A stretch of 64,000 bases of DNA. It comes from Malacoraja senta (Eukaryota). A program made the position numbers and the translations under genes. The stretch lies in assembly GCA_038087875.1 (NCBI GenBank), contig CM075987.1:19532001-19596000 (forward strand). The letters are read 5' to 3'. Positions 1-10,440 of the stretch are shown piece after piece; position 1 is the stretch's first letter, and every line of letters begins with the position of its first letter. A model generated the notes under the pieces. It worked only from the letters and a program-made list of their open reading frames with translations. It was not told the DNA's origin and ran no database searches.

Positions 1-1252
1 TATGGAGATGAGTGTGTGGCCAGGATGGTGTGGGTCCTTGATGATACTGCCAGCCTTTTTGAGGCAGCGACTGTGATAGATCCCCTCGATGGAAGGGAGG
101 TCAGAGCCGATGATGGACTGGGCAGTGTTTACTACTTTTTGTAGTCTTTTCCTCTCCAGGGCGCTCAAGTTGCCGAACCAAGCCACGATGCAACCAGTCA
201 GCATGCTCTCTACTGTGCACCTGTAGGTTAGAGAGAGTCCTCCTTGACAAACCGACTCTCCGTAATCTACTCAGGAAGTAGATGCGCTGATGTGCTTTCT
301 TAATAATGGCATCAGTGTTCTCGGACCAGGAAAGATCTTCAGAGATGTGCACGCCCAGGAATTTGAAGCTCTTGACCCTTTCAACCATCGACCCGTTGAT
401 ATAAACGGGACTGTGGGTCCCCATCCTACTCCTTCCAAAGTCCACAATCAGTTCCTTGGTTTTGCTGGTGTTGAGGGCCAGGTTATTGTGCTGGCACCAT
501 ATGGACAGTTGCTCGATCTCTCTTCTATACTCTGACACATCCCCATCAGTGATACGTCCCACAACAGTGGTGTCGTCAGCGAACTTGATGATGGAGTTCG
601 CACTATGTCCGGCTACGCAGTCATGAGTATAGAGTGAGTACAGCAGGGGGCTGAGCACGCAGCCTTGAGGTGCTCCCGTGCTGATTGTTATCGAGTCTGA
701 CACATTTCCACCAATACGAACAGACTGTGGTCTGAGAGTGAGGAAGTCGAGGATCCAATTGCAGAGGGATGCGCAGAGACCCAGTTCTGCGAGTTTGGTA
801 ACCAGCTTGGAGGGGATGATTGTGTTAAATGCCGAGCTGTAATCGATGAATAACAGCCTGACATATGAGTTTTTGTTGTCCAAGTGGTCCAGAGCGGAGT
901 GGAGGGCCAGCGAGATCGCATCCACCGTTGATCTGTTGTGGTGGTAAGCGAACTGCAGTGGGTCCAGGTTTTTGTCGAGGTAGGAGTTGATCTGCGTCAT
1001 GATCAACCTCTCAAAGCACTTCATCACCACAGGCGTTAGTGCCACAGGTCGATAGTCATTGAGGCACGTCACCTTACTCTTCTTGGGCACTGGTATAATT
1101 GATGCCCTTTTGAAGCAGGTGGGAACCTCAGACCTCAGAAGTGAGAGGTTGAAAATGTCCGTAAAAACTCCAGCCAGTTGGTCCGCACAGGTTTTTAGAA
1201 CACGACCAGGTATACCATCAGGTCCAGGTGCTTTTCGAGGGTTCACCCCAAT
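1..1252 (-). mobile_element. Rex1/Babar-type non-LTR retrotransposon, 5'-truncated RT fragment, in intron 1 of the left torsin paralog
   Basis: ORF 101-1321 has [53 protein letters not shown] and KFADD. Homology to the paralogous intron (28541) begins at ~1253, so the insertion is specific to this copy. Confidence 0.85.
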
Positions 1253-1892
1253 GAAGTACAATCTCATTTTAGAATTACTGATAACTAGAACCACCGTGTC
1301 CGGCAAATAAATGAGGATCACAGCCAGAACCTAGCAATTAGACAGGCGCATGGATTTGCAGGGAATAGAGGGATATGGGTTATGTGCAGGCAGAGATTAA
1401 TTTAACCCAGCATCAATGTTCAGCACCGATATTGTGGGCTGTAGGACCTGTTCTTGTGCTGTATTGTTCTATCTTCTGTGAGTGTTGGAGGTCAGGAGAC
1501 TAATAAAAGTATATGAGAGGCTTCCTGTGGTGTCCTGTTTTATCTATTTATTACATTATTATAGAAACAACACTATTTCAATGACCACTTTTCACTCTCC
1601 ATCCATCAAAAGAGACAAATAAAGTTAAGATTAAAAAATCAATTTCTTCTCCTTATTATTTCGGGCCAAATTATTACTGGCTTATTACTGGATTTATATC
1701 CAAATCTGAATTTGCATTGTAATTCCCATCAGCAAATATGTGTTGTGCATTGTTCATTGTCACAACTACCCTGGAGAGAGCAGACGTGTTGCAAGGTAGC
1801 CTGTGCAATCTGCATGTAAAAGTCCTGTGGATGCAGCACAAATAAATAGCCGGTGAACGTTAACGTGACGGTGAGATGTCACGACTATTTAC

Positions 1893-2064
1893 CTGTCAGG
1901 TTGAGTTTCACCCACTCGTCCTCACAACACTCCTGGAACTTGCAGTACACTTTGGGGAAGAGGCCGGTAAGAAAAGTGGCCACGCCATCTGCGATGCCCA
2001 TACTGATGGGCATCGCAGGAGTGGACAAGAGCATGAGCAGCACAGCCCGGACCATCACCTTCAT
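1893..2064 (-). CDS. TOR1A: Exon 1 of a second torsin-1 paralog; the remaining exons lie left of the window
   Basis: ATG at 2064; encodes [57 protein letters not shown]; phase-1 donor CAG|GTAAAT identical to the complete gene's exon 1. Confidence 0.85.
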
Positions 2065-2263
2065 GTTTTCGGTTTCCTGGCGGCCGCCCCCAAACAGGCG
2101 ACGAGGCACAAGACCCCGCCTCAGCGCAGCGGCCAGCGAGCCCTGACAACCCGGCGGAAGAGCAGGCGTCGTCACATCCGCCCCTCTGACCTTTCCCCAC
2201 CAACCCTCAGCCGGACATGTTTGTGAGGGGCATCCACACAGGCAGGAATATGGTGCTGACAAC

Positions 2264-2290
2264 CAAAGATACTCCGCTATAGGATCTTTG
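2264..2290. mobile_element. 27-bp two-ended remnant (excision footprint) of the CAAAGATCC-TIR element
   Basis: caaagat-a-ctccgctataggatctttg flanked by the 8-bp TSD ctgacaac (2256-2263 and 2291-2298); the paralogous site at ~29576 is empty. Confidence 0.85.
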
Positions 2291-2358
2291 CTGACAACAG
2301 TCAACTGGTCCCGCGCACTCACTCTATCTCTCTGTCTCATTTTCTGGAGAGTTGGAAC

Positions 2359-4779
2359 CAAAGATCCTATAGCGGAGCAAGATAGGCCACTCCTGCGAAA
2401 TGCAATGGGCTGACGTTAGTACGCAACGGAGCGGAACGTGGGCATTTTTGTCGTCCATTTCAGTAACCGGAACCTACCCGACCCGACTCGCAGTGTAATC
2501 AACGTTGCGGGGGAACGGTTTGTGTGTGTGATATAGGGTTAGATTCATAATTCTGTTAGTTCATTAATTCTTGTTAAAGAAAAAAATGTTTATAAATTAT
2601 GACTCTGGTAATTTTCTTTTTTTTAATGTTTTTTTAATCATTTCTTTATAAATGGCTCATATGCTGTGTTTGAGTTGATTTTGTATTACACTTGTACTGT
2701 AATTCATTCATCTAATCACACTGTTCACAACTGCAGTATTTGGGAAAATAATAGCAATATGAAGATTCCAGTTGCTCTAGCCCTGGAATGTTACTTAATG
2801 TTTTTGTGTCTATGGAGTTGTTTCTCAACAATAAAATGGGTCTGGTCTTCCCAATAGCCAGAGAGTGGAATGAGATCTGTCTGTAATGGTGGGGTTATCT
2901 AATTTAAGTATTTCACAAAATTAAATTCGTTTTGAGCAAGATTTACAAATGATGTATAACTTAAGGATGGTTTTATTCAGCGGGCATACAACTGATTAGA
3001 TTTTGCTGGAAAGAACACACATACATGAATGTGATATAGATGTATATAATAATATAACACACACATTTACATTTCTTCCAATTTTTATATCCAATGATGA
3101 ACTTTATTTCAGACTAGACAAGGGACAACATTAAATAAAAAAACATTGTAAACCTCCCCGCAACTTCACTTTGGTGTCTCGGCCGTGCTGATCCGGGCCA
3201 GACTCCCCGCACGCTGTGGAAGGAACATCTTTTCGCTTTTATTGTGATTTATTTATCTTTTTAACACTGAATATCTGATAACGACACATTAGCAGCATAT
3301 GGCACCAATATTGCACCAACCCACTCAATTTTAAATAATTCATATTAGAAATCCATTAACATGGTTAACACTTTGTTTCTGACATGCATAGTAAGATTTA
3401 CTTAATTCACATTATTCTGTGCGCGACATATACAGGGTTGCAGTGTTCAGCATATCAGCTAACCAGTGAAAGTGATGTACAATTCAACATATGTAACACA
3501 ATGATAGCCCCACCCCTGCTTACACCAAAGAGCAAAACGTCCAACGTAGATACAATAATAAATAAATCGCCATTTGCATTGTTTTGCGCAGCTAACAAAT
3601 CACAATTTCACACAATGTACATAAGACGGCAGTTATTTGACAAATACTCCGCAGTTCGGTGTAGGAGATCATGTCGGCGAGTATTCTGGACCCACTGTCG
3701 ACATCTGAAATGACAGAAAATATCATGCAGTCAATATGTTCTTTAAGTAACATTAAGAATGGCGGGACTGTCATATGCTGAGAGAATGGAACACTCTGGA
3801 GTATAGAAGGAGGAGAGGGAATCTTATTGAAACATATAAGATTGTTAAGGGCTTGGACACACTAGAGGCAGGAAACATTTTCCTGATGTTGGGGGAGTCC
3901 AGAACCAGAGGCCACAGTTTAAGAATAAGGAGTAAGCCATTTAGAACGGAGACGAGGAAACACTTTCTCACAGAGAGTGGTGAGTCTGTGGAATTCTCTG
4001 CCTCAGAAGGCGGTGGAGGCAGGTTCTCTGGATGCTTTCAAGAGAGAGCTAGATAGGGCTCTTAAAAATAGCAGAGTCAGGAGATATGGGGAGAAGGCAG
4101 GAACGGGGTACTGATTGTGGATGATCAGCCATGATCACATTGAATGGCCTACTCCTGCACCAATTGTCTATTGAGGCCTCGACTGTATCTGAGACAAAGG
4201 GGAGCACCCAGCTCTAAGATCTGGACTATAGTGAGAGTTCGGGCAGACTTAATAAAATTCTCAGTATAAAACAGAGTCAATATGTTCTTATTCTGTATTA
4301 AATAACAGAGAGGTAAGAAAGAAAATGCTCTTGAGAAGATTTTTACAAGCATGTTGCCATGAGGACTCGACTATCTGAGCTCTATGATCTAACTACAGTG
4401 AGAGATTGAACAGGCTAAATAAAATTTTCAATATGCCACAGAAGTAATAAATGTTTTCTTACCGTTCCTCCTTAATGGGGAACCTGAAGAAAGACAGGTC
4501 AGGTCGCCTACATTGCCGATTGGAGCAATTTACCGCAGAGCAGAATGCAACGCTAGTAGACGTGGACGCCATGGCCAAAGCGAAGATTTTTTGGATTCGA
4601 GAGCGGAGGCGGAAGCAAAGATCCTATCTTTGGGCGGAAGTAAGATGGCGGAAGCAAGATGGCAGAAGCTGGTTACGAAAATGGGTCCTATAATTACTGA
4701 ATCGATAATGAATCTGCCCATGACCGTACTACGTGTTTAGCGTAGGAGTAGTCCATCTTGCTCCGCTACAGGATCTTTG
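2359..4779. mobile_element. Non-autonomous TIR DNA transposon, P-like (CAAAG...CTTTG termini, 8-bp TSD)
   Basis: TIRs caaagatcctatagcggagcaagat / atcttgctccgctacaggatctttg; TSD gttggaac (2351-2358 and 4780-4787); single gttggaac at the paralogous empty site ~29632. The superfamily call rests on termini and TSD only. Confidence 0.8.
3780..4172 (+). mobile_element. CR1 LINE 3' fragment nested in the P-like element
   Basis: RRRGNLIETYKIVKGLD...ESRTRGHSLRI, typical of the CR1 ORF2 C-terminus, followed by the CR1 3' UTR. Confidence 0.8.
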
Positions 4780-6985
4780 GTTGGAACTATTCAGCAAGTC
4801 ACGCAGCATTTGTGATGAGAAGGAAAAAAACGAATATGTCTTGGAACGAATAAAATTAAGATTATAGAACCCCATCTAATCCAATCAACATATTATTCTA
4901 TTCCCTACTCACCTATTTATTTTTATGTTTCATTTTATGTGAATCTACTAATAATATGCCAATTTTCTGGATGTGTTAACTGTTATCTTCGATTTGTTCC
5001 CCGTAGTTTTAGACACATCCATATTTGTCCCCCTTGCAGAATTTATTTCTGGGGGGAGTTTCCAAATATACAAGGGAGGAAGATTATTTCCAGTTTTGAT
5101 TAGTGCTCAGAACCGTAATGCCTTGATGATTCAGGCACACGTCAAACACAGGACAATTTTTTTGGACTTGAAATAAGATCTCCGAGGAAAAAAAATCCAG
5201 AGGATGCACAAAGTTCTCAAAAGCATTTCAATATTCATGTTTTTGGCAAAATCTGGAAATAGAAATAGAAAACCTGTTATATGTTATAAAACACTGGGCA
5301 GCAGGTTCAATGGTTTTCAAAAGTGAATTGTATAAATACTTGATACAAACGATTACTCAGGTCTGTGAAGGAAAAGTGGGTGGAAGAAGCTGAAAAGAGA
5401 GATATTACAAGAGACATCATGAACACGATGGAATAAAAATAAGGCGCAAGTCGGGAGCATGATACATTAAAAGCAGCACTGTCACATATAGTGTTCCACA
5501 GTAACGTCTCTCAAAATTCGCAAAGATTCTTTAGATTAAGTTACAGATTTTTTTTTTTTGGATTTTCTGTAGTGAATGTATCCAAGATAAATTTCTTGTT
5601 GAAAGATTTTCTTAAAATGCTTTTCTAAATTTAATTTGCTTGACCTTTCTGTGTGCAATTGGTACTGTATTTGAGAAATTGTGCTTTGCTGAGGAAGCTG
5701 CAATTTTAGGATAGATGTGAAGGCTTTGGAAAGACTGCAGAAAATCATTTCAGGGATGATGGATAGACTGGAGAAATTGGGATTGTTTTCTATGAAGGAG
5801 AGTAGGTTGCAAGGAGATCTTAATAGCATTATTTAAAAAACCATATCGAGGAAAGACCATTTATTATGTTCTAGGAGCAGAATTTGCTCATTCGGCCCAA
5901 GTCTACTCTGCTATTCAATCATGGCTGATCTATCTTTTCCCGCTCAACCCCATTCTTTTGCCTTCTCCCCATAACCCAAACACCCTTCCTAATCAATATT
6001 CGTGTCAATCTCTGCCTTAAAATAAAGATTGACAAGGCCTCCAAGTTGTTAATTATTTGAGTGTCTCAAATGGCTGACAAATTTTGAAATAGCTTGCAGG
6101 TCTGGTACATTTAATGTTTAAGTGGGTAAGGCAGTTTTTAATGTATGCTGTCTAGCATCTCTGTACTTCACAATTTGAGATTTGTAATAGAAAAAAATCA
6201 CATGTGGTTAAAGTGCACATTCAGATTTTAATAAAGGCCATTTTTACACATTTTGGTTTCACCATGTAGAAATTAGAGCAGTGTTTATACAGTCCCCCCA
6301 TTTCAGGGCACCATAATGTTTGGGGCAGCAATGTCATGTAAATGAAAGTAGTCGTGTTTATTGTGTTGCATATACTTTGCATGCAATGACTGCTTGTAGT
6401 CTGTGATTCATGGACATCACCAGTTGCTGGGTGTCTTCTCTGGTGCTGCTCTGCCAGGCCTGTATTGCAGCCATCTTTAGCTGATGCTTGTTTTGGGGGC
6501 TAGTCCCTTTAGCATATAAAAGGCATGCTCAATTGGGTTCAGATTGGGTGATTGACTTGGCCACTCAAGAATTGACCATTTTTTAGCTTTGAAAAACTCC
6601 ATTGTTGCTTTAGCAGTATATTTGGGATCATTGTCTTGCTGTAGAATAAACTGCCAGCCAATGAGTTTTGAGGCATTGTTTGAACTTGAGCAGATAGGAT
6701 ATGTCTATATACTTCAGAATTCATTATGCTACTACCATCAGCAGTTGTACCATCAATGAAGATAAGTGATCCAGTACCTTCAGCAGCCTTACATGCCCAG
6801 GCCATAACACCCCCACCACTGTGTTTCACAGATGAGGTGGTATACTTTGGATCTTGGGCACTTCCTTCTCACCTCCATACTTTACTCTTGCCATCACTCT
6901 GAAATAAGTTAATCTTCGTCTCATCTGTCCACAAGACCTTTTTCCAGAACTGTGGTTGCTCTTTTAAGTACTTCACAAACTTCAG

Positions 6986-9900
6986 GTGTGCATCTGTGGT
7001 TGGGAGAAATTAACATCAGTGAAGGGCTTGAAGATCCACCAAGGGAAGAAAAAGTGCTTGAGAGAGCAGAAACATGGGCCTCGCATTGACCAGTACTTCT
7101 TACGAAGCAACCAGTCAAATCAGTCGAGTGAAGCACAGCGACGGGACACAAACCAAAGTTCGCAGAGCATCAGCACCCATGTCACTGAAGAGGGTGATAC
7201 AAGCACAGAAATGCCGGTGGAGGAGCCCACGCAACAACTACAAAGACCTCCATTGGAGGGAAAGATCAAAGGGCACAAACCTGGAGTGAAATGGCCCAAG
7301 GCTGTTGAAAAGAAAGAGTGGGAGACGGTCAACAGTGACCTTATACATATCTTGGAGCAACAAGCGGGCACAGCAGTGGAAAAGCTTGAAAGGATGGGCA
7401 ACACAATCTACAGCTATGGAGAAGAACGGTTTGGGGTGAGTAAAGGGAGAGGTGGAAAGAAATTACCAACACCAATCAAGTCCAGGAGGCAGCAGGAGAT
7501 CGAGAGGCTAATCAGAGAGAGGAGACAGTTGAAAAAGCAATGGAAAAAAGCAACTGACGCAGAGAGAGAAGGTCTCATGCTACTCCAAGAGGACATCAAG
7601 AACCGATTGGCAACCTTGCGAAAAGCAGAGAACTTGAGGAAACTTCGCAAGAAGAAAGAACACACAAGAACACGGTTCTATAAAGACCCTTTCAAGTTCA
7701 TCAAAGATCTCTTCGCAAAGGAAAAAAGTGGAACTTTGAAAACATCAAAACAGGAATTGGAGGAACACCTGGAAAAGGCCCACAAAGACACGAAAAGGCA
7801 TGAGCAGTTGGTCATCCCACATGACATCCCGCCTATTCAACCACCTGAATTCAACATGGACACCAGCCCTCCGAGATGGAAAGAGGTGGAGAACACGGTC
7901 CGGCGAGCAAGAGCAGCATCAGCTCCGGGGCCAAACGGAGTACCATACAAGCTCTATAAGAATGCACCGGATGTGTTACGCTTTCTATGGAAGCTCATGA
8001 GGGTGGTGTGGAAGAAGCAAACAATACCTAAGGCTTGGCGAAGGGCCGGCGGCGTGCTAATACCTAAAGAAAAGGATTCGTCAGACATCAGCCAATTCCG
8101 GCCAATATGTCTCCTCAACGTCGAGGGAAAAATCTTTTTTAGCATTGTATCACAAAGGCTGTCCACCTATCTGGTAACAAACAAGTACATTGATACATCT
8201 GTACAGAAAGCAGGAATTCCAGGATTTTCGGGCTGCTTGGAGCATACAAGCATGATCTGGCACCAGATCCAAGCAGCTAAGAAGGACAAGAGAGATCTAC
8301 ATGTGATCTTCCTCGATCTGGCCAATGCATTTGGTTCAGTTCCCCATGAACTCCTTTGGGAATCTTTTGCCTTTTTCCATGTACCAGAGCTCATCACCAC
8401 ACTGGTCAAGAAATATTACCAAGACCTGCAGCTGTGCTTCACAACAGCTGACTTCAGTACAACATGGCAGCGCTTGGAAGTAGGCATCATGGCAGGCTGC
8501 ACAGTCTCACCCTTGGCCTTTACAATGGCCATGGAAGTCATCATCAGGGCCTCAAAATGGGTGGTGGGCGGTGAACGAACCAGGGCTGGGCTCCGTCTGC
8601 CACCCATCAGGGCATACATGGACGACATGACAACACTAACCACTACTGCAGCATGCACCAAGCGGCTACTTGGAAAGCTGCAGGAGAACATCAAGTGGGC
8701 CCGAATGAAAATCAAACCAAGTAAATCTCGAAGCATCTCCATAGTCAAGGGGGTGCTTAGAGACACAAGGTTCTGTATTGGTGACGACCCAATACCAACA
8801 GTGTCTGAGCAGCCAGTTAAAAGCCTGGGAAGATGGTATAACGCACGTCTCAAGGACAAAGAGCAGGTGCAACAACTAAGGCAAGAAATTGTCAATGGAC
8901 TGGAGAACATCAATCAGACCCTACTGCCTGGGAAACTGAAGCTCTGGTGCCTACAGTTTGGACTCCTTCCTCGGACAATGTGGCCACTGACCGTTTATGA
9001 AGCCCCAATAACAACTGTGGAGAAGATGGAGCGAACCATAACTTCATACGTGAAGAAATGGCTCGGTGTCCCACGATGTCTAACTAACATCGGCCTATAT
9101 GGCAAAGGGGTCCTGGAACTACCTCTCACTAGTCTAACAGAGGAATATAAGTGTTCTAAAGTAAGACTCCAGATGACACTGAGGGACTCTAGAGACAAGA
9201 TCATCAGTGCTGTTGCGCCGCCCCTAGCAACTGGCCGGAAGTGGACACCATCTGATGCAGTACAGCAAGCTTCATCAGCCCTGAGGCACAAAGACATAGT
9301 GGGGCAAGTCCAGCAGGGAAGAGGAGGCTTTGGCCTTACGACAAGTAAACCAACTTGGCGAAAGGCCACAACATCAGAGCGGAGGACGTTGGTGGTTGAG
9401 GAGGTGCGGCGACAGGAGGAGGCCGCAAGAAGTGCAAAGGCGGTCTCTCTTGCCAAGCAGGGGCAATGGATGCAGTGGGAAGGTGTGGAGCGGAGGAAGA
9501 TCAGCTGGAAAGAACTATGGGAAATGGAAGCAAGCAAGATCAGCTTCATCATCAGAGCGACATATGACGTGCTTCCATCACCAAAGAACCTCCATCAGTG
9601 GTACGGCGAGGATCCAACCTGTGCCATCTGCCCAACTCCAGCGACCCTCAAACACATCATGGTAGGCTGCAAGACCAGCCTCACACAAGGGAGATACACG
9701 TGGCGGCATAATCAGGTACTAAAAAGCCTGGCATCAGCCCTTGAGAACAGGCGGTGTGCGACCAACTCCTTGCCTCCGAGAGCAAGCAACCCTCCCCTAA
9801 GGGTAATAACCTTTGTCCGAGAAGGACAGAAAACTTCCAAACTTCCTTCCACCAGATCAGAAGAAGGAAGCCAATGCAGGGCCCGTGACTGGAGGATGCT

Positions 9901-10306
9901 GGTGGACATCGGCCGACAACTAATTTTTCCACCTGAAATTGCTTCCACCACCCTCAGGCCAGACTTGGTGTTCTGGTCCCCTTCACAGAAGACTGCTTAC
10001 ATCATAGAGCTCACAGTTCCATGGGAGAACTCTGTTGAGGAGGCCTATGAGCGTAAGAAGCTGCGCTACGCAGAGCTTGCAGCAGAGGCAACGCAGCGTG
10101 GCTGGAACACCAAAGTCTATCCAGTTGAAGTGGGATGCAGAGGATTTGTTGCGTCATCTACCATCAGACTGCTGAAGGAGCTTGGAATCCACGGTCAAGC
10201 TCTGCGGAAGACCATAAGATCACTCTCAGAGGCGGCTGAAAGAAGCAGCCGGTGGATTTGGCTCAAGCAGAAAGACCCATGCTGGGCCCCAAGTATGTCG
10301 GGGTGA
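6986..10306 (+). CDS. RT-RLE polyprotein: N-terminal zinc finger, reverse transcriptase, CCHC knuckle, restriction-like endonuclease
   Basis: Uninterrupted 1106 codons: CICGW...IHQGKKKC, APGPNG, FRPICLLN, LDLANAFGSVPH, YMDD, CAIC...KHIMVGC, RHNQVL, RPDLV, ELTVPWE, KKLRY. No ATG at the 5' edge, so slightly 5'-truncated. Confidence 0.92.
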   Translation: MCICGWEKLTSVKGLKIHQGKKKCLREQKHGPRIDQYFLRSNQSNQSSEAQRRDTNQSSQSISTHVTEEGDTSTEMPVEEPTQQLQRPPLEGKIKGHKPGVKWPKAVEKKEWETVNSDLIHILEQQAGTAVEKLERMGNTIYSYGEERFGVSKGRGGKKLPTPIKSRRQQEIERLIRERRQLKKQWKKATDAEREGLMLLQEDIKNRLATLRKAENLRKLRKKKEHTRTRFYKDPFKFIKDLFAKEKSGTLKTSKQELEEHLEKAHKDTKRHEQLVIPHDIPPIQPPEFNMDTSPPRWKEVENTVRRARAASAPGPNGVPYKLYKNAPDVLRFLWKLMRVVWKKQTIPKAWRRAGGVLIPKEKDSSDISQFRPICLLNVEGKIFFSIVSQRLSTYLVTNKYIDTSVQKAGIPGFSGCLEHTSMIWHQIQAAKKDKRDLHVIFLDLANAFGSVPHELLWESFAFFHVPELITTLVKKYYQDLQLCFTTADFSTTWQRLEVGIMAGCTVSPLAFTMAMEVIIRASKWVVGGERTRAGLRLPPIRAYMDDMTTLTTTAACTKRLLGKLQENIKWARMKIKPSKSRSISIVKGVLRDTRFCIGDDPIPTVSEQPVKSLGRWYNARLKDKEQVQQLRQEIVNGLENINQTLLPGKLKLWCLQFGLLPRTMWPLTVYEAPITTVEKMERTITSYVKKWLGVPRCLTNIGLYGKGVLELPLTSLTEEYKCSKVRLQMTLRDSRDKIISAVAPPLATGRKWTPSDAVQQASSALRHKDIVGQVQQGRGGFGLTTSKPTWRKATTSERRTLVVEEVRRQEEAARSAKAVSLAKQGQWMQWEGVERRKISWKELWEMEASKISFIIRATYDVLPSPKNLHQWYGEDPTCAICPTPATLKHIMVGCKTSLTQGRYTWRHNQVLKSLASALENRRCATNSLPPRASNPPLRVITFVREGQKTSKLPSTRSEEGSQCRARDWRMLVDIGRQLIFPPEIASTTLRPDLVFWSPSQKTAYIIELTVPWENSVEEAYERKKLRYAELAAEATQRGWNTKVYPVEVGCRGFVASSTIRLLKELGIHGQALRKTIRSLSEAAERSSRWIWLKQKDPCWAPSMSG

Positions 10307-10365
10307 ATCTTTGGGACGGTTTGACACGGGACATGCGCTGAGGGTTGATCATCCTGCAGCGGGCC

Positions 10366-10440
10366 GCCCTTGTGGAGGGTGTATAGTGTTAAAAGGCCGA
10401 AACACCCAGTGATGCAAGGGTACACTACTGATGATGTGTC
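10366..10440 (+). ncRNA. Candidate non-circularly permuted (pseudoknotted) hammerhead ribozyme in the HERO 3' UTR
   Basis: GGGTG-TA (10377-83) pairs with GAAA-CACCC (10399-407); TAGTGT (10384-89) pairs with ACACTA (10422-27), which is directly followed by CTGATGA (10428-34); GCCCTTGT/GCAAGGGT extends stem III. Stem II is poorly defined. Confidence 0.6.

Larger units (their letters stand above)
1253..5463. repeat. Segmental duplicate of 28541-30303 (torsin intron 1, exon 1 and upstream region)
   Basis: Colinear, near-identical sequence, e.g. caatctcattttagaa at both left ends and gtcgggagcatgat at both right ends. This copy has extra insertions at 2264-2290 and 2359-4779. Confidence 0.95.

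Noticed and set aside
4973..5176. 67-aa ORF also present at 29825-30028
   Set aside because: It is shared only because of the recent segmental duplication, starts at a non-ATG codon and has no recognisable domain.
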